From contig NC_068989.1 in assembly GCF_001194135.2 (NCBI RefSeq), positions 45,102,097 to 45,146,056 on the forward strand: a DNA stretch of 43,960 nucleotides, given 5' to 3'. The DNA comes from Octopus bimaculoides (Eukaryota). Position 1 is the stretch's first letter; every line of letters starts with the position of its first letter. Both the position numbers and the translations under genes were made by a program. Under the pieces are notes generated by a model. That model saw only the letters and a program-made list of their open reading frames with translations, was not told where the DNA came from and did not search any database. This document shows positions 12,055 through 23,044 of this stretch, piece by piece.

Positions 12055-12275
12055 GTTTATATATACATACATACATACACACATACATACATAAATACAT
12101 ACATGCATACTCATATACATACATACATACGTACATACATACATACATACATACATACATGCATGCATGCATGCATACATACATACATAGATGCATACAT
12201 ACATACATACATACATACATAGATACATGCATATATACATACATACATACATAGATGCATACATACATACACATA
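12055..12275. repeat. (TACA)n microsatellite, degenerate
   Basis: Direct reading. Confidence 0.95.
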
Positions 12276-12904
12276 TAAAAACACATTCACACACGTATTC
12301 TCTCTGTACTTGTATGTGTCCGTAGACCGTAGACGTATGTATTGAGTTACGGACCCGCCGCCCGTCAAAGTTGAATGTTGAATCAAACATTTGAATTATT
12401 TGATTATGTCGACGGGTTAGGTCAGTGTCTTTCATAAAATGGAGCCTGTTTTGGCAAACAATGGCGGTAGAGTGGACATCGTTAACATATCTATTATTAT
12501 TGGCCTATTGTTAGCTATTGTAACGATGTATATAATCAGTGGCAAAATGAGAACGTTTGTAATAGTTATATAGTGATAAAGCAGATATGCTCTCATCATC
12601 ATTTTGTTTGTATTCTCTTTTCGTTTCCTCTTCCTCTTTTTTCTTCATTTCTTATTTGTCGTTTATTTTCTCCCTTTTCGCCTCAGCGCTTTCTCAGTGT
12701 AGTCACTAATGAAGTCACTTCCGGTTGCTTTAGTTGCCATATTTTTTTTTCTTTTTGTATCAAATACAGAAAACAGACGTTCGCAAGGAAATTAACCTTC
12801 TGAACCGTATAGCACTTTTGAAAATTTGTTTGTTTTTCCTACATTTCTTTCTTTCTTTCTTTCATTTTCCTTCTTTTTTCTTTTTCTCCATGTCCGTCTT
12901 CACC

Positions 12905-13145
12905 TATTTCCATCATTATTATCATGATGATCATCATCATCGCCGTCGTCGTTGTCATCATCGTCATCATCATCATCATCATCATCATCATAATGGGCAT
13001 CATCATGGACATCATCATCGTAAACGTTTTCTGTTTGCCTCCTTTATCATCTTTGTTGATGTATTTATTAAATGTTTATTAAATATATATTTGATCTGGA
13101 TAAAAAGTAATAATAATAACAATAATAATATTAGTAATAGTATTA

Positions 13146-13185
<40 letters not shown>
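12905..13185. repeat. (CAT)n and (AAT)n trinucleotide tracts
   Basis: Direct reading. Confidence 0.9.
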
Positions 13186-13186
<1 letters not shown>

Positions 13187-13494
13187 GAGGACGATAAAGG
13201 GTGGGCCGACGTCGGACGTCTACATCGAACTGTATGTGTATGAATGTATGACTACACACTCGCACACGCATAGTTGTGGTGAGATGGACCCCTAAGTTCC
13301 ATCTCACCACATATATATACACACAAACATACACACACACACACATATATATACACACACACATATATATATATACACACAAATACACATGCATATATGA
13401 GTTTGTTTGTGTGTAAGCATTTGATTTTTTTTCTTTGAATTTAGTAATTGGTGACAGGACGTGAACTGTAAAACATTTATTTTGTTTCTTACAA

Positions 13495-13787
13495 GTATCA
13501 TTACTATTACACCAACCACCACCACCAGCACCACCGCCACCACCGCCTCCACCGCCACCGTCGCCGCCGCCACCACTATCACTACCACTACCGCCACCAC
13601 CGACGCATCCGCTGCTGCGTCCACCACCACCGTCATCATCATCATCATCATAGTTCACATTGTCGTCATTATCATCATCACTACCTCCACCCCTACGACC
13701 ACGAGAATGATGATAGTGATGATGATAACGATAATAATGATCCTCCTCATCGTCATTATCATCCTCGTTGTCCCCTGCGTCATCGTC

Positions 13788-13828
<41 letters not shown>

Positions 13829-13835
13829 TATCGTT
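13495..13835. repeat. Degenerate (CCA/CCG)n followed by (CAT)n tract
   Basis: Direct reading; produces the poly-D/poly-G minus-strand ORF 13143-13970. Confidence 0.9.
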
Positions 13836-14589
13836 AGATTCACCTTCAATATGCACGAATCGCAAGAATGACCAAAGGTAACGACAACAAGAAAAGTAAA
13901 ACAAAGATTGATGTGGATAAATACACACACAGTAACTCAAACACACACATACACATACACAAACATACAAATATAGTCACACATGTACACGCGCAAATAC
14001 ATCAAAAATAATATTTCAAATCTCAAAAAAGTTAAAGATTGTGAGAACGACAGGGAATAGAAACGAGGTTAAAAGAACAACATCAAATAGAAATAAATCA
14101 GTTTTAACAACAATTAAAAAAATACATAAATAGAACAACAATAAAAACAAACTAAACAACTAACAATTAAAATGTAAATACTAGATCAAGAACATCGGGA
14201 AGTTTAAACAAACACAAACGCTATTAACAAACATCTGTTTATTTTATTTTGATAAATCTAAATAACCGCCATTTTGATTTTAAAAAGATATGATTTTTTT
14301 TTCAATGGCTGCTTTCCGTATTCTTTTCTAAATTTCCGACTGCTTCGATTTTTATCAACTTTTGTCATCTATCAACCTTTAATTAACACATCTTTCTTTC
14401 ATCATTTCTCACTTTTATCTTTTACAGATTTACATTTATTTTTGCTTTTCATTATTATTATTATATCTATATATTTACATATTTATGTAGTCTCTAATAC
14501 TCTAAATTCTCATTCATTCTTGTCATTTATTTATATTATTGACAGAAATGGTGGATTGTCGTGTAAAATATCTCTATAATAGATAGTTG

Positions 14590-14805
14590 TATTCCTTTAT
14601 GTTTGAGTTCAAACCCCGCTGGGTCGAACTATGTCCTTTATCTTCATATAATACTGAGTGCAACAGAAAGACCTCTCATAATTTACACAACCACTTGTGT
14701 ATGCGTGTGAAGTTAGGCAGCTGATTATGACGAAAGTTTTCTATCATAACGTTTGTCAGGCTGTAAAGTGCGGGAGGATTTTTGCTTTGTCCTTTAGAAA
14801 AATAA
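14590..14805 (+). mobile_element. SINE family B middle segment with an alternative 3' tail
   Basis: tgagttcaaaccccgctgggtcgaactatgtcctttatc followed by a tail unlike 24528-24743 (…gaagttaggcagctgat…ttgtcctttagaaaaat). Confidence 0.5.
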
Positions 14806-14924
14806 ATATCAATGAAATTCCAGGATCAATTTAATTAATACTCCTTTCTACAAAAATATGATACTATTTTAGAAATTACGTTTTTGAAATTATTCTTGTT
14901 ATTAGGGTAGTATGAATTCATGTA

Positions 14925-15250
14925 AAGATGCGTGGCTTAATGGACAGGGTATTGGACTCACGATCACAAAATTGTGTGTTCGATTACTGAACCGGTTCGT
15001 GTGTTATGTCCTTGAGCAAGGCGTTTCATTTTATGTTGTATCAATCTACTCAAATCGGAGTAGCAACCGAATACTGGTGCATCACTTCCCCCGTCTCTCT
15101 CTATATTCCGCCAGATCAAAAGTGGAATAATTGAAAGAGTGTCTGCATCTACGTCAGTTCGTGACTACATAACAGCTAAAAGATTTGGTGAAAATATTGT
15201 TCAAGCTACTACATCATGCTTGTGTGTGAGTGATAGCTACAGTTTTTGAA
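14925..15250 (+). mobile_element. tRNA-head plus CORE-like SINE (family D)
   Basis: gcgtggcttaatggacagggtattggactcacgatc...gttcgattact...tatgtccttgagcaaggcgtttcattttatgttg. The head and CORE-like segment are shared with 21810, 26997 and 29375. Confidence 0.7.
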
Positions 15251-15399
15251 TTCATCGCCTTTTACATAGAATCTACGTTCAATAGTTGCTTGAGTCGACT
15301 TAATTCAAGCATGTGTCTCATAAGTACCGAGTGATGCTTTATATAATCCCCTACTCCAGAAATATCAAAGTTTCCGCCAGTTTTTCGAAATTGTTATGA

Positions 15400-16700
15400 T
15401 CATTGAATTGGCAGAACTGCTAATGTGACGGACAAAATTCATTGCGATATTTAGTTACCGCTCTTCAAGTTCTGAGATCAGATCCTGTCTCGGTCCCGAG
15501 ACCAATGATTTAGGTGCCAGGCAAATACTCGAGTTCATTGTACGTACTTTTTCCTCTTTGAACCAAAGTTATAACTATATTAGATGACAATATTGGCAAC
15601 AAAGTGATATTTAGTTACACCACTTTGTTCAAACCTTGCTAATGTCGACTTTGCTTTTGATATTTTCGGAATTGATAAAGAATATAATCAGAAATGAATG
15701 TTAATTAGAGCAATGGTAATAGAAATTTTATGGAAATATAAATTAAATTCAAATAAGTATAATTCAAATATGTATAATTTTCTTTATCTGTCTTGTAAAG
15801 TGTACTTATTACAAGTTGAATATCTGATTTATAGAAAAGTAAAAGGGAGACATATTAATGAATCTCTTTGTATAAGGTGTACTGTAATTTATAGATTAAA
15901 ATTTTATGTTAGCTTCAAAATGTAGGCAATAAGGGAAAAAAATTGATCATTTTAAAATTAGGCTTGTTAGCTCTGAAACAAACAATGAAAAAAGCTGGCA
16001 TATGTGATGCATTCCGAAACAAATTTGTGGAAATTTGCCTATTTAAAATTATTATTATTATAGCCAGGTTATGAAGGCGATAAACTGGAAGAATCGTTAG
16101 CACGCTGGCGGGGAATTGCTTAGGGGAATTTAGCCGGTCTTTAGGTTCTGAGTTCAAATTCCTCCAAGGTCGACTTTGTATTTTATCCTTTCGGGGTCGA
16201 TAGAAATAAGCACCAGCTGTGCACTTCCTTCTTTCATTCGGGTTGTTAAAATATAGTACGAGTCAGGTAATGGAGTCGATGGTTTCAACTAATTTTGGAC
16301 TCCTTAAAATCATTTACTTAGTGTCTAGCTTTACAAGCAGTTATTCTCATAAAAGCTGGCGCGATGTTGGCATCATTAGAATAGAACATCGTAATATATA
16401 CATTTCATCATTTATTCCAGCTTTTTACATTCTGAGTTCAAATTCCGTCGAAGTCGCCGTTACCTTTCATCGATAACATAAAGTATTATCGTCAATAAAA
16501 TGAGGACCCTCACTTCAAAATTTACTGGCCTTGTGTCAATATCAGAAATCGCCATTATTGATTCAGCGAGGGGGACAAATGGCAGATTCTTCATTGCAGT
16601 ATTTCTTCTAGCTCATTTCATTCTGAGTTCAAATCTCACCGAGGTCATCATTGACTTTTATCTCGCAGGGTTCCTTTTATCTTTCGCTATTTCTTTCATT
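15400..16700 (+). mobile_element. Cluster of about five degenerate head-to-tail SINE family B copies
   Basis: Repeated ttctgagttcaaat / gtcgac...ttttatcctttc...gtcgata motifs near 15470, 15640, 16147, 16431 and 16622. Confidence 0.75.
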
Positions 16701-17524
16701 CTTATTTTCTCTTTATCTGATTTCCTTTCTTAAATGTTATTTTCGTTCTTTCTTTTTATCTTTAAGCCTCACTTGTTCCCATCTTTTTTATTTCTTAAGA
16801 TCCACTTCTTTTACTTCCGCCGTTTGTGCTCTTTACACATCAATTTCTTGAGCTCTTTCTTTCAATCGTTCTTCAGGATTCATTTCCATTCTCTTCGTCT
16901 CATTTTATTTTATGTTCTCGCTTTAGTACTTTCATACTTTCTATTGTCACACTTCATCTCTTTCGTGATACATTCTCCCCTCCCACCATTCTTTCCATTC
17001 TAAGTTTAAATTAAATCATGGCTTATTACGCATACTTTTACATTATTCATTCTTTATATTTTCTTTCCATCATCCTGTCTTCGTCTGCCATTCACCAGAG
17101 GTTTCTCTCCTCGTTTACCTTTCAAAGCGGCACTGACATCACTAGGAAGATAAATAGCTTATGATTTAGCAACATTTCCTTCAGCAAGATATTTCATTAG
17201 GGCTGTCAGTATTTTCAAAAGAATCGCGGGCAATTTGTAAAAAGAAACGACAGACCGGATATTGTTGTTCCGACTAATTTCTCTGACCCATTGCGCAGGC
17301 GTGTCGTTAATTCTCTGAAGCTCTCACACATCTTGGATCACATGGCTTCATAAACAAACACTGACAATTCCACTTTACGTATTTTTGTGAAACCGGAAAC
17401 TTTCGAAAAGTAAACAAAAAAAGTGATGTCCCTGCCAATGCATCCATCACCATATACTAATTGACTAATATACGTACACACACACACACACACATATATA
17501 AACACATATATATTCATACACTTT

Positions 17525-17605
<81 letters not shown>

Positions 17606-17694
17606 ACAACACATATATACACATATACAACACATTAAGCTATACATGTATACAAACATACACAACACCGGTACATATTCGGCATATATTTTTT

Positions 17695-17897
17695 CTACTG
17701 TAGGCACAGAGGTTGAAATTTGAGGGATGGTGCTAGTCGATAATATCGACAACAGTATTTGACTGGTACTTATCGATTTTATCTACCCCGAAGGAATGAC
17801 AGACAAAACTGCATAATTTGAACTCAGAATGTAAAGACGCGAAAAATGCCGCCAAGGATTTTGTAAGATGTGTTAACGATTCTGCCAGTTAGCCACA
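17695..17897 (-). mobile_element. SINE family B copy
   Basis: Contains atttgaactcagaatgtaaagac and ttaacgattctgccag, the reverse complements of family B motifs. Confidence 0.75.
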
Positions 17898-17899
17898 TT

Positions 17900-17958
<59 letters not shown>

Positions 17959-18040
17959 TAATAATAATAATATATAGACATCTATATGTATACATACATG
18001 CATGTATGGGTACAGGACATCAAATATATATATATATATA

Positions 18041-18588
18041 TTGTGTGGGTAACTAAGTACCCACCGTTTTTATAAATTTTCGAATTTATTGCATTTTAAA
18101 ATTTATTTTCGCGCGTGAAACAAGATCTTCATCCGCGTAAAACGTGTTGTGCCTATGGTGGGACTGGGAAGGGATTATCCATTATGAATTGCTTGAACGG
18201 AACCAGACGGTCAACGCGGAACCCTATGTTCAACAGATGGAACGACTCAGCACGGCTATTCAAGAGGAAAGACCTAATCGGCAGCATGGAGTTCTTCTGC
18301 TGCACGACAACGCCCGCCCTCATATCGCCAATATGACTAAGGAAGCCATTCAAACGCATGGTTGGGAAGTGCTGCCACACCCGCCGTACTCTCCTGATTT
18401 AGAACAAATGGATTTCCACCTCTTTCGATCTCTTTCAAATGCTATGCGCGAAAGTCAAAATCGGGTGATTTCTACCAACGAGGTATTGAAAATCTTGTTG
18501 AACGTTGGGAAGAAGTTGTAAACAACAAGGGTGAATACATTATAGATTAATTAGTTGTTATTTTTTTTTTATTAAACCTTTTAAAAAA
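18041..18588 (+). mobile_element. Non-autonomous mariner (DD34D type) deletion derivative
   Basis: After TA at 18039-40 comes the TIR-like TTGTGTGGGTAACTAAGTACCCACCGTTTTT. The coding remnant reads KQDLHPRK..LCLWWDWEGIIHYELL...LLLHDNARPHIA...WEVLPHPPYSPDLEQMDFHLFRSLSNAMR. After a second deletion/frameshift it reads KSGDFYQRGIENLVERWEEVVNNKGEYIID*. The N-gap starts where the right TIR (AAAAACGG…) is expected. Confidence 0.95.
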
Positions 18589-19166
18589 NNNNNNNNNNNN
18601 NNNNNNNNNNNNNNNNNNNNNNNNNNNNNNNNNNNNNNNNNNNNNNNNNNNNNNNNNNNNNNNNNNNNNNNNNNNNNNNNNNNNNNNNNNNNNNNNNNNN
18701 NNNNNNNNNNNNNNNNNNNNNNNNNNNNNNNNNNNNNNNNNNNNNNNNNNNNNNNNNNNNNNNNNNNNNNNNNNNNNNNNNNNNNNNNNNNNNNNNNNNN
18801 NNNNNNNNNNNNNNNNNNNNNNNNNNNNNNNNNNNNNNNNNNNNNNNNNNNNNNNNNNNNNNNNNNNNNNNNNNNNNNNNNNNNNNNNNNNNNNNNNNNN
18901 NNNNNNNNNNNNNNNNNNNNNNNNNNNNNNNNNNNNNNNNNNNNNNNNNNNNNNNNNNNNNNNNNNNNNNNNNNNNNNNNNNNNNNNNNNNNNNNNNNNN
19001 NNNNNNNNNNNNNNNNNNNNNNNNNNNNNNNNNNNNNNNATATATATATATATATATATAAATTTATATAAATAAGGATAAGTTCGTTATTTAAAATACC
19101 GATCATATCAGGTGGCTAGCATGGGAATAAAAACCTCATAGGTAATAATTACTATTAAAATTATAA

Positions 19167-19314
19167 TTAAAGGGTATCTAAAAGATACCACCATGCTAGA
19201 TATAGTAGCCAAACCTTTACTCTAAAACACATTAAATGTTCATTTAATGTGGTTTTTTAGTTAAGTTTTGGCTGCTATATCCAGCATGGTGGTATCTTTT
19301 AGATACCCTTAATG
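19167..19314. repeat. Near-perfect inverted repeat (arms ~72 bp, 2-nt loop), probably part of a Penelope-like non-autonomous repeat
   Basis: Left arm ttaaagggtatctaaaagataccaccatgctagatatagtagccaaa...cacattaaatg, loop tt, right arm catttaatgtg...ttggctgctatatccagcatggtggtatctttttagatacccttaat. A single-arm homolog occurs at 25161-25230. Confidence 0.85.
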
Positions 19315-19404
19315 ATAACTTATATATATGTATATGTACATCTATCTATATATAATACATAAATACATACTCACGCACATGCATTCTTAATATCTACATA
19401 CGCA

Positions 19405-19628
19405 AAGGTGGAATGGTGGTAGAATCGCTAGCATATCGAGCAAAATGCTTAGCGGCATTGAGTTCAAATTCAGTTCTGAGTTCAAATTCAGCAGAGGTCG
19501 ACTTCACTTTTTATCCTTTCAGGGTAGATAAAATAAACACCGGTTTAACACTGGGGTTGATGTAATCCACTTACCCACTCACCCTGAACTTTGTGGTCTT
19601 GTGCCAAAACTTGAAATTTGAAATCAAT
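19405..19628 (+). mobile_element. SINE family B, near full length, with (AAT)n tail
   Basis: ggtagaatcgctagc...ttctgagttcaaattcagcagaggtcgacttcactttttatcctttcagggtagataaaataaac...ctggggttgatgtaatc...gtcttgtgccaaaac. Confidence 0.85.
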
Positions 19629-19655
19629 AATAATAATAATAATAATAAAAATTCT

Positions 19656-19690
<35 letters not shown>

Positions 19691-20134
19691 GTTCGTAAAC
19701 AAGGAGTCATTAGTTCATCATTGCAAACTCTAGATTAATGTAGAGAGGCCATTAGAAATTTAAGATCTTCAAAAGTTACAGCTGATTCTTAGCGTAAAAT
19801 ATATATTCAGTAAGATGATGTGGATGAGAAAAGAATTTTGGTTTGAATAGAACATCTGTCATTGATAGCCTTCATTGCCAGAAGAAGTTATACCTAGTTA
19901 CCACATCAAACTGAAGGGCATATATGTAGAATTATTAAGTACTTCTCCCAGTAATGGTAGAAATATCATGCCTGCAGTGGTGAGAAAATGAACATGTAAA
20001 TATCTTGTATTATCGCATAATCTGATGTATTATGCATTATGGACAAACCACACTTCTCACCTTTCACAAGAGTGATAAACATCATAAGGAGAAATAGCAA
20101 GGAAGTGTTGTTTTGAACTGAAACGTCCTCCGTG

Positions 20135-20184
20135 AACACGTGATAACACGTGACAGCACGAGGCAGCACGTGCCGGCACGTGCT
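20135..20184. promoter_or_regulatory. Five E-box-type sites at exact 10-bp spacing (candidate bHLH enhancer, or a 10-bp minisatellite)
   Basis: CACGTG at 20137, 20147, 20167 and 20177; CACGAG at 20157. The regulatory function is inference only. Confidence 0.4.
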
Positions 20185-20383
20185 GATGAGTGCTGAAATC
20201 ATCGACAGTTGTCTGCGGTCATCATACAGTGGCAATATTTAACGAGAGTCGAAAGTAATCAATGCTGATGAAGAACAGAAGTTGCTAAGTATAGCCGAAC
20301 GCTGTTGAAAGTACAAGTTGTAGGATTTCAACGTAACCTTATAAAGTCTAATATCACATTATTACTAGTATTATAGTATTGTG

Positions 20384-20705
20384 TGGAGGCACAATGGCCG
20401 AGTGGTTAGGGCTGTGGACTCGTGATCGTAGGATCGCGGTTTCGATTCCCAAACCGGGCGTTGTGAGTGTTTATTGAGCGAAAACACCTAAAGCTCCACA
20501 ACTTTCTCTCACTCTTACTTCCTGTTTTTGTTGTACCTGTATTTCAAAGGGCCAGCCTTGTCACATTCCGTGTCACGCTGAATCTTTCCAAGAACTACGT
20601 TAAGGGTATACCTGTCTGTGGAGTGCTCAACCAATTTCACGAACAGGCTGTTCCGTTGATCGGATCAACTGGCAACCCTCGTCGTCGTAACCGACGGAGT
20701 GCCAC
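20384..20705 (+). mobile_element. tRNA-derived SINE family C, with a ~48-bp internal deletion
   Basis: tggaggcacaatggccgagtggttaggg (A-box), ggtttcgattccc (B-box), body ...gtggagtgctcaacc...cacgaacaggctgttccgttgatcggatc...cgacggagtgcc. Confidence 0.9.
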
Positions 20706-21078
20706 GAGTGTTATATTGGGGCTAATGCAGCCATACATCCATCTTGTTGGTGACAAAAATATTAGGTGCTATTATTCATGAACAAAGATCGATGTGATCA
20801 ATTGAATCCTCTTTCGATCTTAGTAATCGATAATTTTTGGTATCTGTTGCTAACCATCTTCTCTCTCTTTTCGATTTTCTGTCTGTCTCTCTCTTCCTAT
20901 ATATCTCTCTTTCCATATGCATGTGTGTGCTTGTGTGTGTGTACGTGTATGTGTTTGTGTGTGTGTGTGTATGTGTGTGCATAATTATGGGGTGATTGCA
21001 GTTGTGGATATAATGGTGGATGTGGACGGTGATGGTGGTATAGGGATGGTAAAGATGGTGGTGTTGGCGCGATGGTTG

Positions 21079-21079
<1 letters not shown>

Positions 21080-21122
<43 letters not shown>

Positions 21123-21201
21123 GTAGTAGTAGTAGTAGTAGTTGTAGTAGTAGTAGTAGTAGTAGCAACAGCAGCAGTAGTAGTAGTAGCAGCAGCAGCA
21201 T

Positions 21202-21265
<64 letters not shown>
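21080..21265. repeat. (TAT)n-(TAG)n-(CAG)n trinucleotide tracts
   Basis: Direct reading. Confidence 0.95.
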
Positions 21266-21809
21266 CATGCTATTATTCTGTAGCCTCAGGTTAATTTTCA
21301 TCGAGCAGATTTAAGACCAAAGACGTTCCGCATTGACCATCTCATATCCATTGTTCTATATGCTCATTAAGGTAGCAGTGTGAGATTGAAGGCCATTCGA
21401 CTACTGATCGACCAAAGACTATGACGTGTATCGGGTCGGGAAAAAATTTCACTTGATTTTGGCCGTGGTTGTTCAAGAATATTTGTTGGAGAACATCAAC
21501 AATCATTATATACAATAGAAATAACAAAAGCAATAGTAACAACAACAACAACAACAACAATAATACTAATAATAATAAGAACAAGAACAATAAAAGTACG
21601 TATAGCGACAGTGTCAACACTATTTCACAAAGCAACAGTACAAATATTACTACACTATGCCGAAAATTCAGGAGAGAAAACAATTAAGCATGCGCACACG
21701 CACACATATTTATAATACATAATATATATATATATATCTATATATATATATATATATATATATATCTGTATTATGTATGTGTACCTATATATATATATAT
21801 GCGTGTGTG

Positions 21810-22123
21810 TGTGTGGTTAGTGGTAAGGGCATTCGGCTCACGATCGTAAAGTCGTGAGTTCAATTCTCAGCGACGCGTTATGTCCTTGAGCAAGACACTT
21901 TGTTTCCCGTTGCTCCAATCCACTCAGCTGACAAAAATGAGTAATACCTGTATTTCAAAGGGTCAGCCTTGTCACACTGTGTGTCACGCTGAAACATCCT
22001 GTGAGCTACGAGAAGAGTACACTTCTCTGTGGAGTGCTCAGCCACTTGCACGTTAATTTCACGAGCAGGCTGTTCCGTTGATCGTATCAGCTGAGACTCT
22101 CGCCGTCGTAACCGACGGAGTGC
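21810..22123 (+). mobile_element. Chimeric SINE: family D head/CORE-like segment joined to the family C 3' body
   Basis: Head ...ttatgtccttgagcaagacactttgtttcccgttgctccaatccactcagctg is followed by acctgtatttcaaagggtcagccttgtcac...gtggagtgctcagccacttgcacgttaatttcacgagcaggctgttccgttgatc, as in family C. Confidence 0.8.
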
Positions 22124-22126
22124 TTC

Positions 22127-22174
<48 letters not shown>

Positions 22175-23044
22175 TTTGACTGCTTTCTCACATAAGTAAA
22201 ATATTTCGTTGTTGTTAGGCTTTAAGAAATAACCCTATTACTCCGTTATACATACATATAGGCAAACGTACACACCTACATACATACATACATACATACA
22301 TACACTAACACATATAATTACATATTTAATTATATATCTATCTGTGTATGTGTGTGTGTGTGAGCGTGTGAGCGTGAGCGTGTGTGTGTACGCTAGTGGA
22401 TACAACATACATATTGGCTATTAGCTTTAAATCTATTTTAAAGAATGACGGCCAAATTCTAAGCAGACAGACAGACAGGGTGGGTAGGAGAGAGAGAAAA
22501 AGAGAGAGGGGGAAGAAAGAGACAGAGAGGGACAGCAAGAGAGAGACAGAGAGAGAATAAGAAAATTAGACAAAAGAAATTATGAAAACAAAAAAAAAGC
22601 ATCATTGGGTCAGCTGGGAAAAGCAAGGAAATAAAAAAGACATAAATAAGAAGAATACGACGACGACGACGACGACCACCACCACCACCATCACCACTGC
22701 CAACAACAACAACAACAACGAAAAATGAACAACTGCAATAAAAAAAACATCAACCATCAAAACAACAAGAAACAACAATTGCAAAAAGAAATAAAAAAGG
22801 AAAAGAAACAAAAGGGAGAGGAAAGAAGGCGAAACGGTCCTTGTGTAAAATCAAACGACTTTGTTGATTAATACAGTTTTAATTACTCAGGTTTTGCAAA
22901 ATGGAGGAAAACATGCACACATTGTGCTCCCTTCCTCCTCCTCCCTGCTCCCTCTCAATATGGCCGCGTACAATCGAGAAGACAAAACGGAACAGAACGA
23001 TCCCTTAATCTGAGCGCTTGTACTGTTTGGAGTAACATTAAGCA

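Noticed and set aside
13143-13970. 275-aa minus-strand ORF with poly-D, poly-H and poly-G runs
   Set aside because: It is entirely explained by (GAT)n, (GGT)n, (TG)n and (TAT)n microsatellites. All overlapping frames are also open and low-complexity, and there is no domain.
20183-20200. CTGATGAGTGCTGAAA, a hammerhead-like core
   Set aside because: No viable stem II, and no stem III/NUH/stem I pairing downstream.
20776-21314. Poly-L/V/T ORFs resembling signal peptides or mucins
   Set aside because: They are translations of (TAT)n/(TAG)n tracts.
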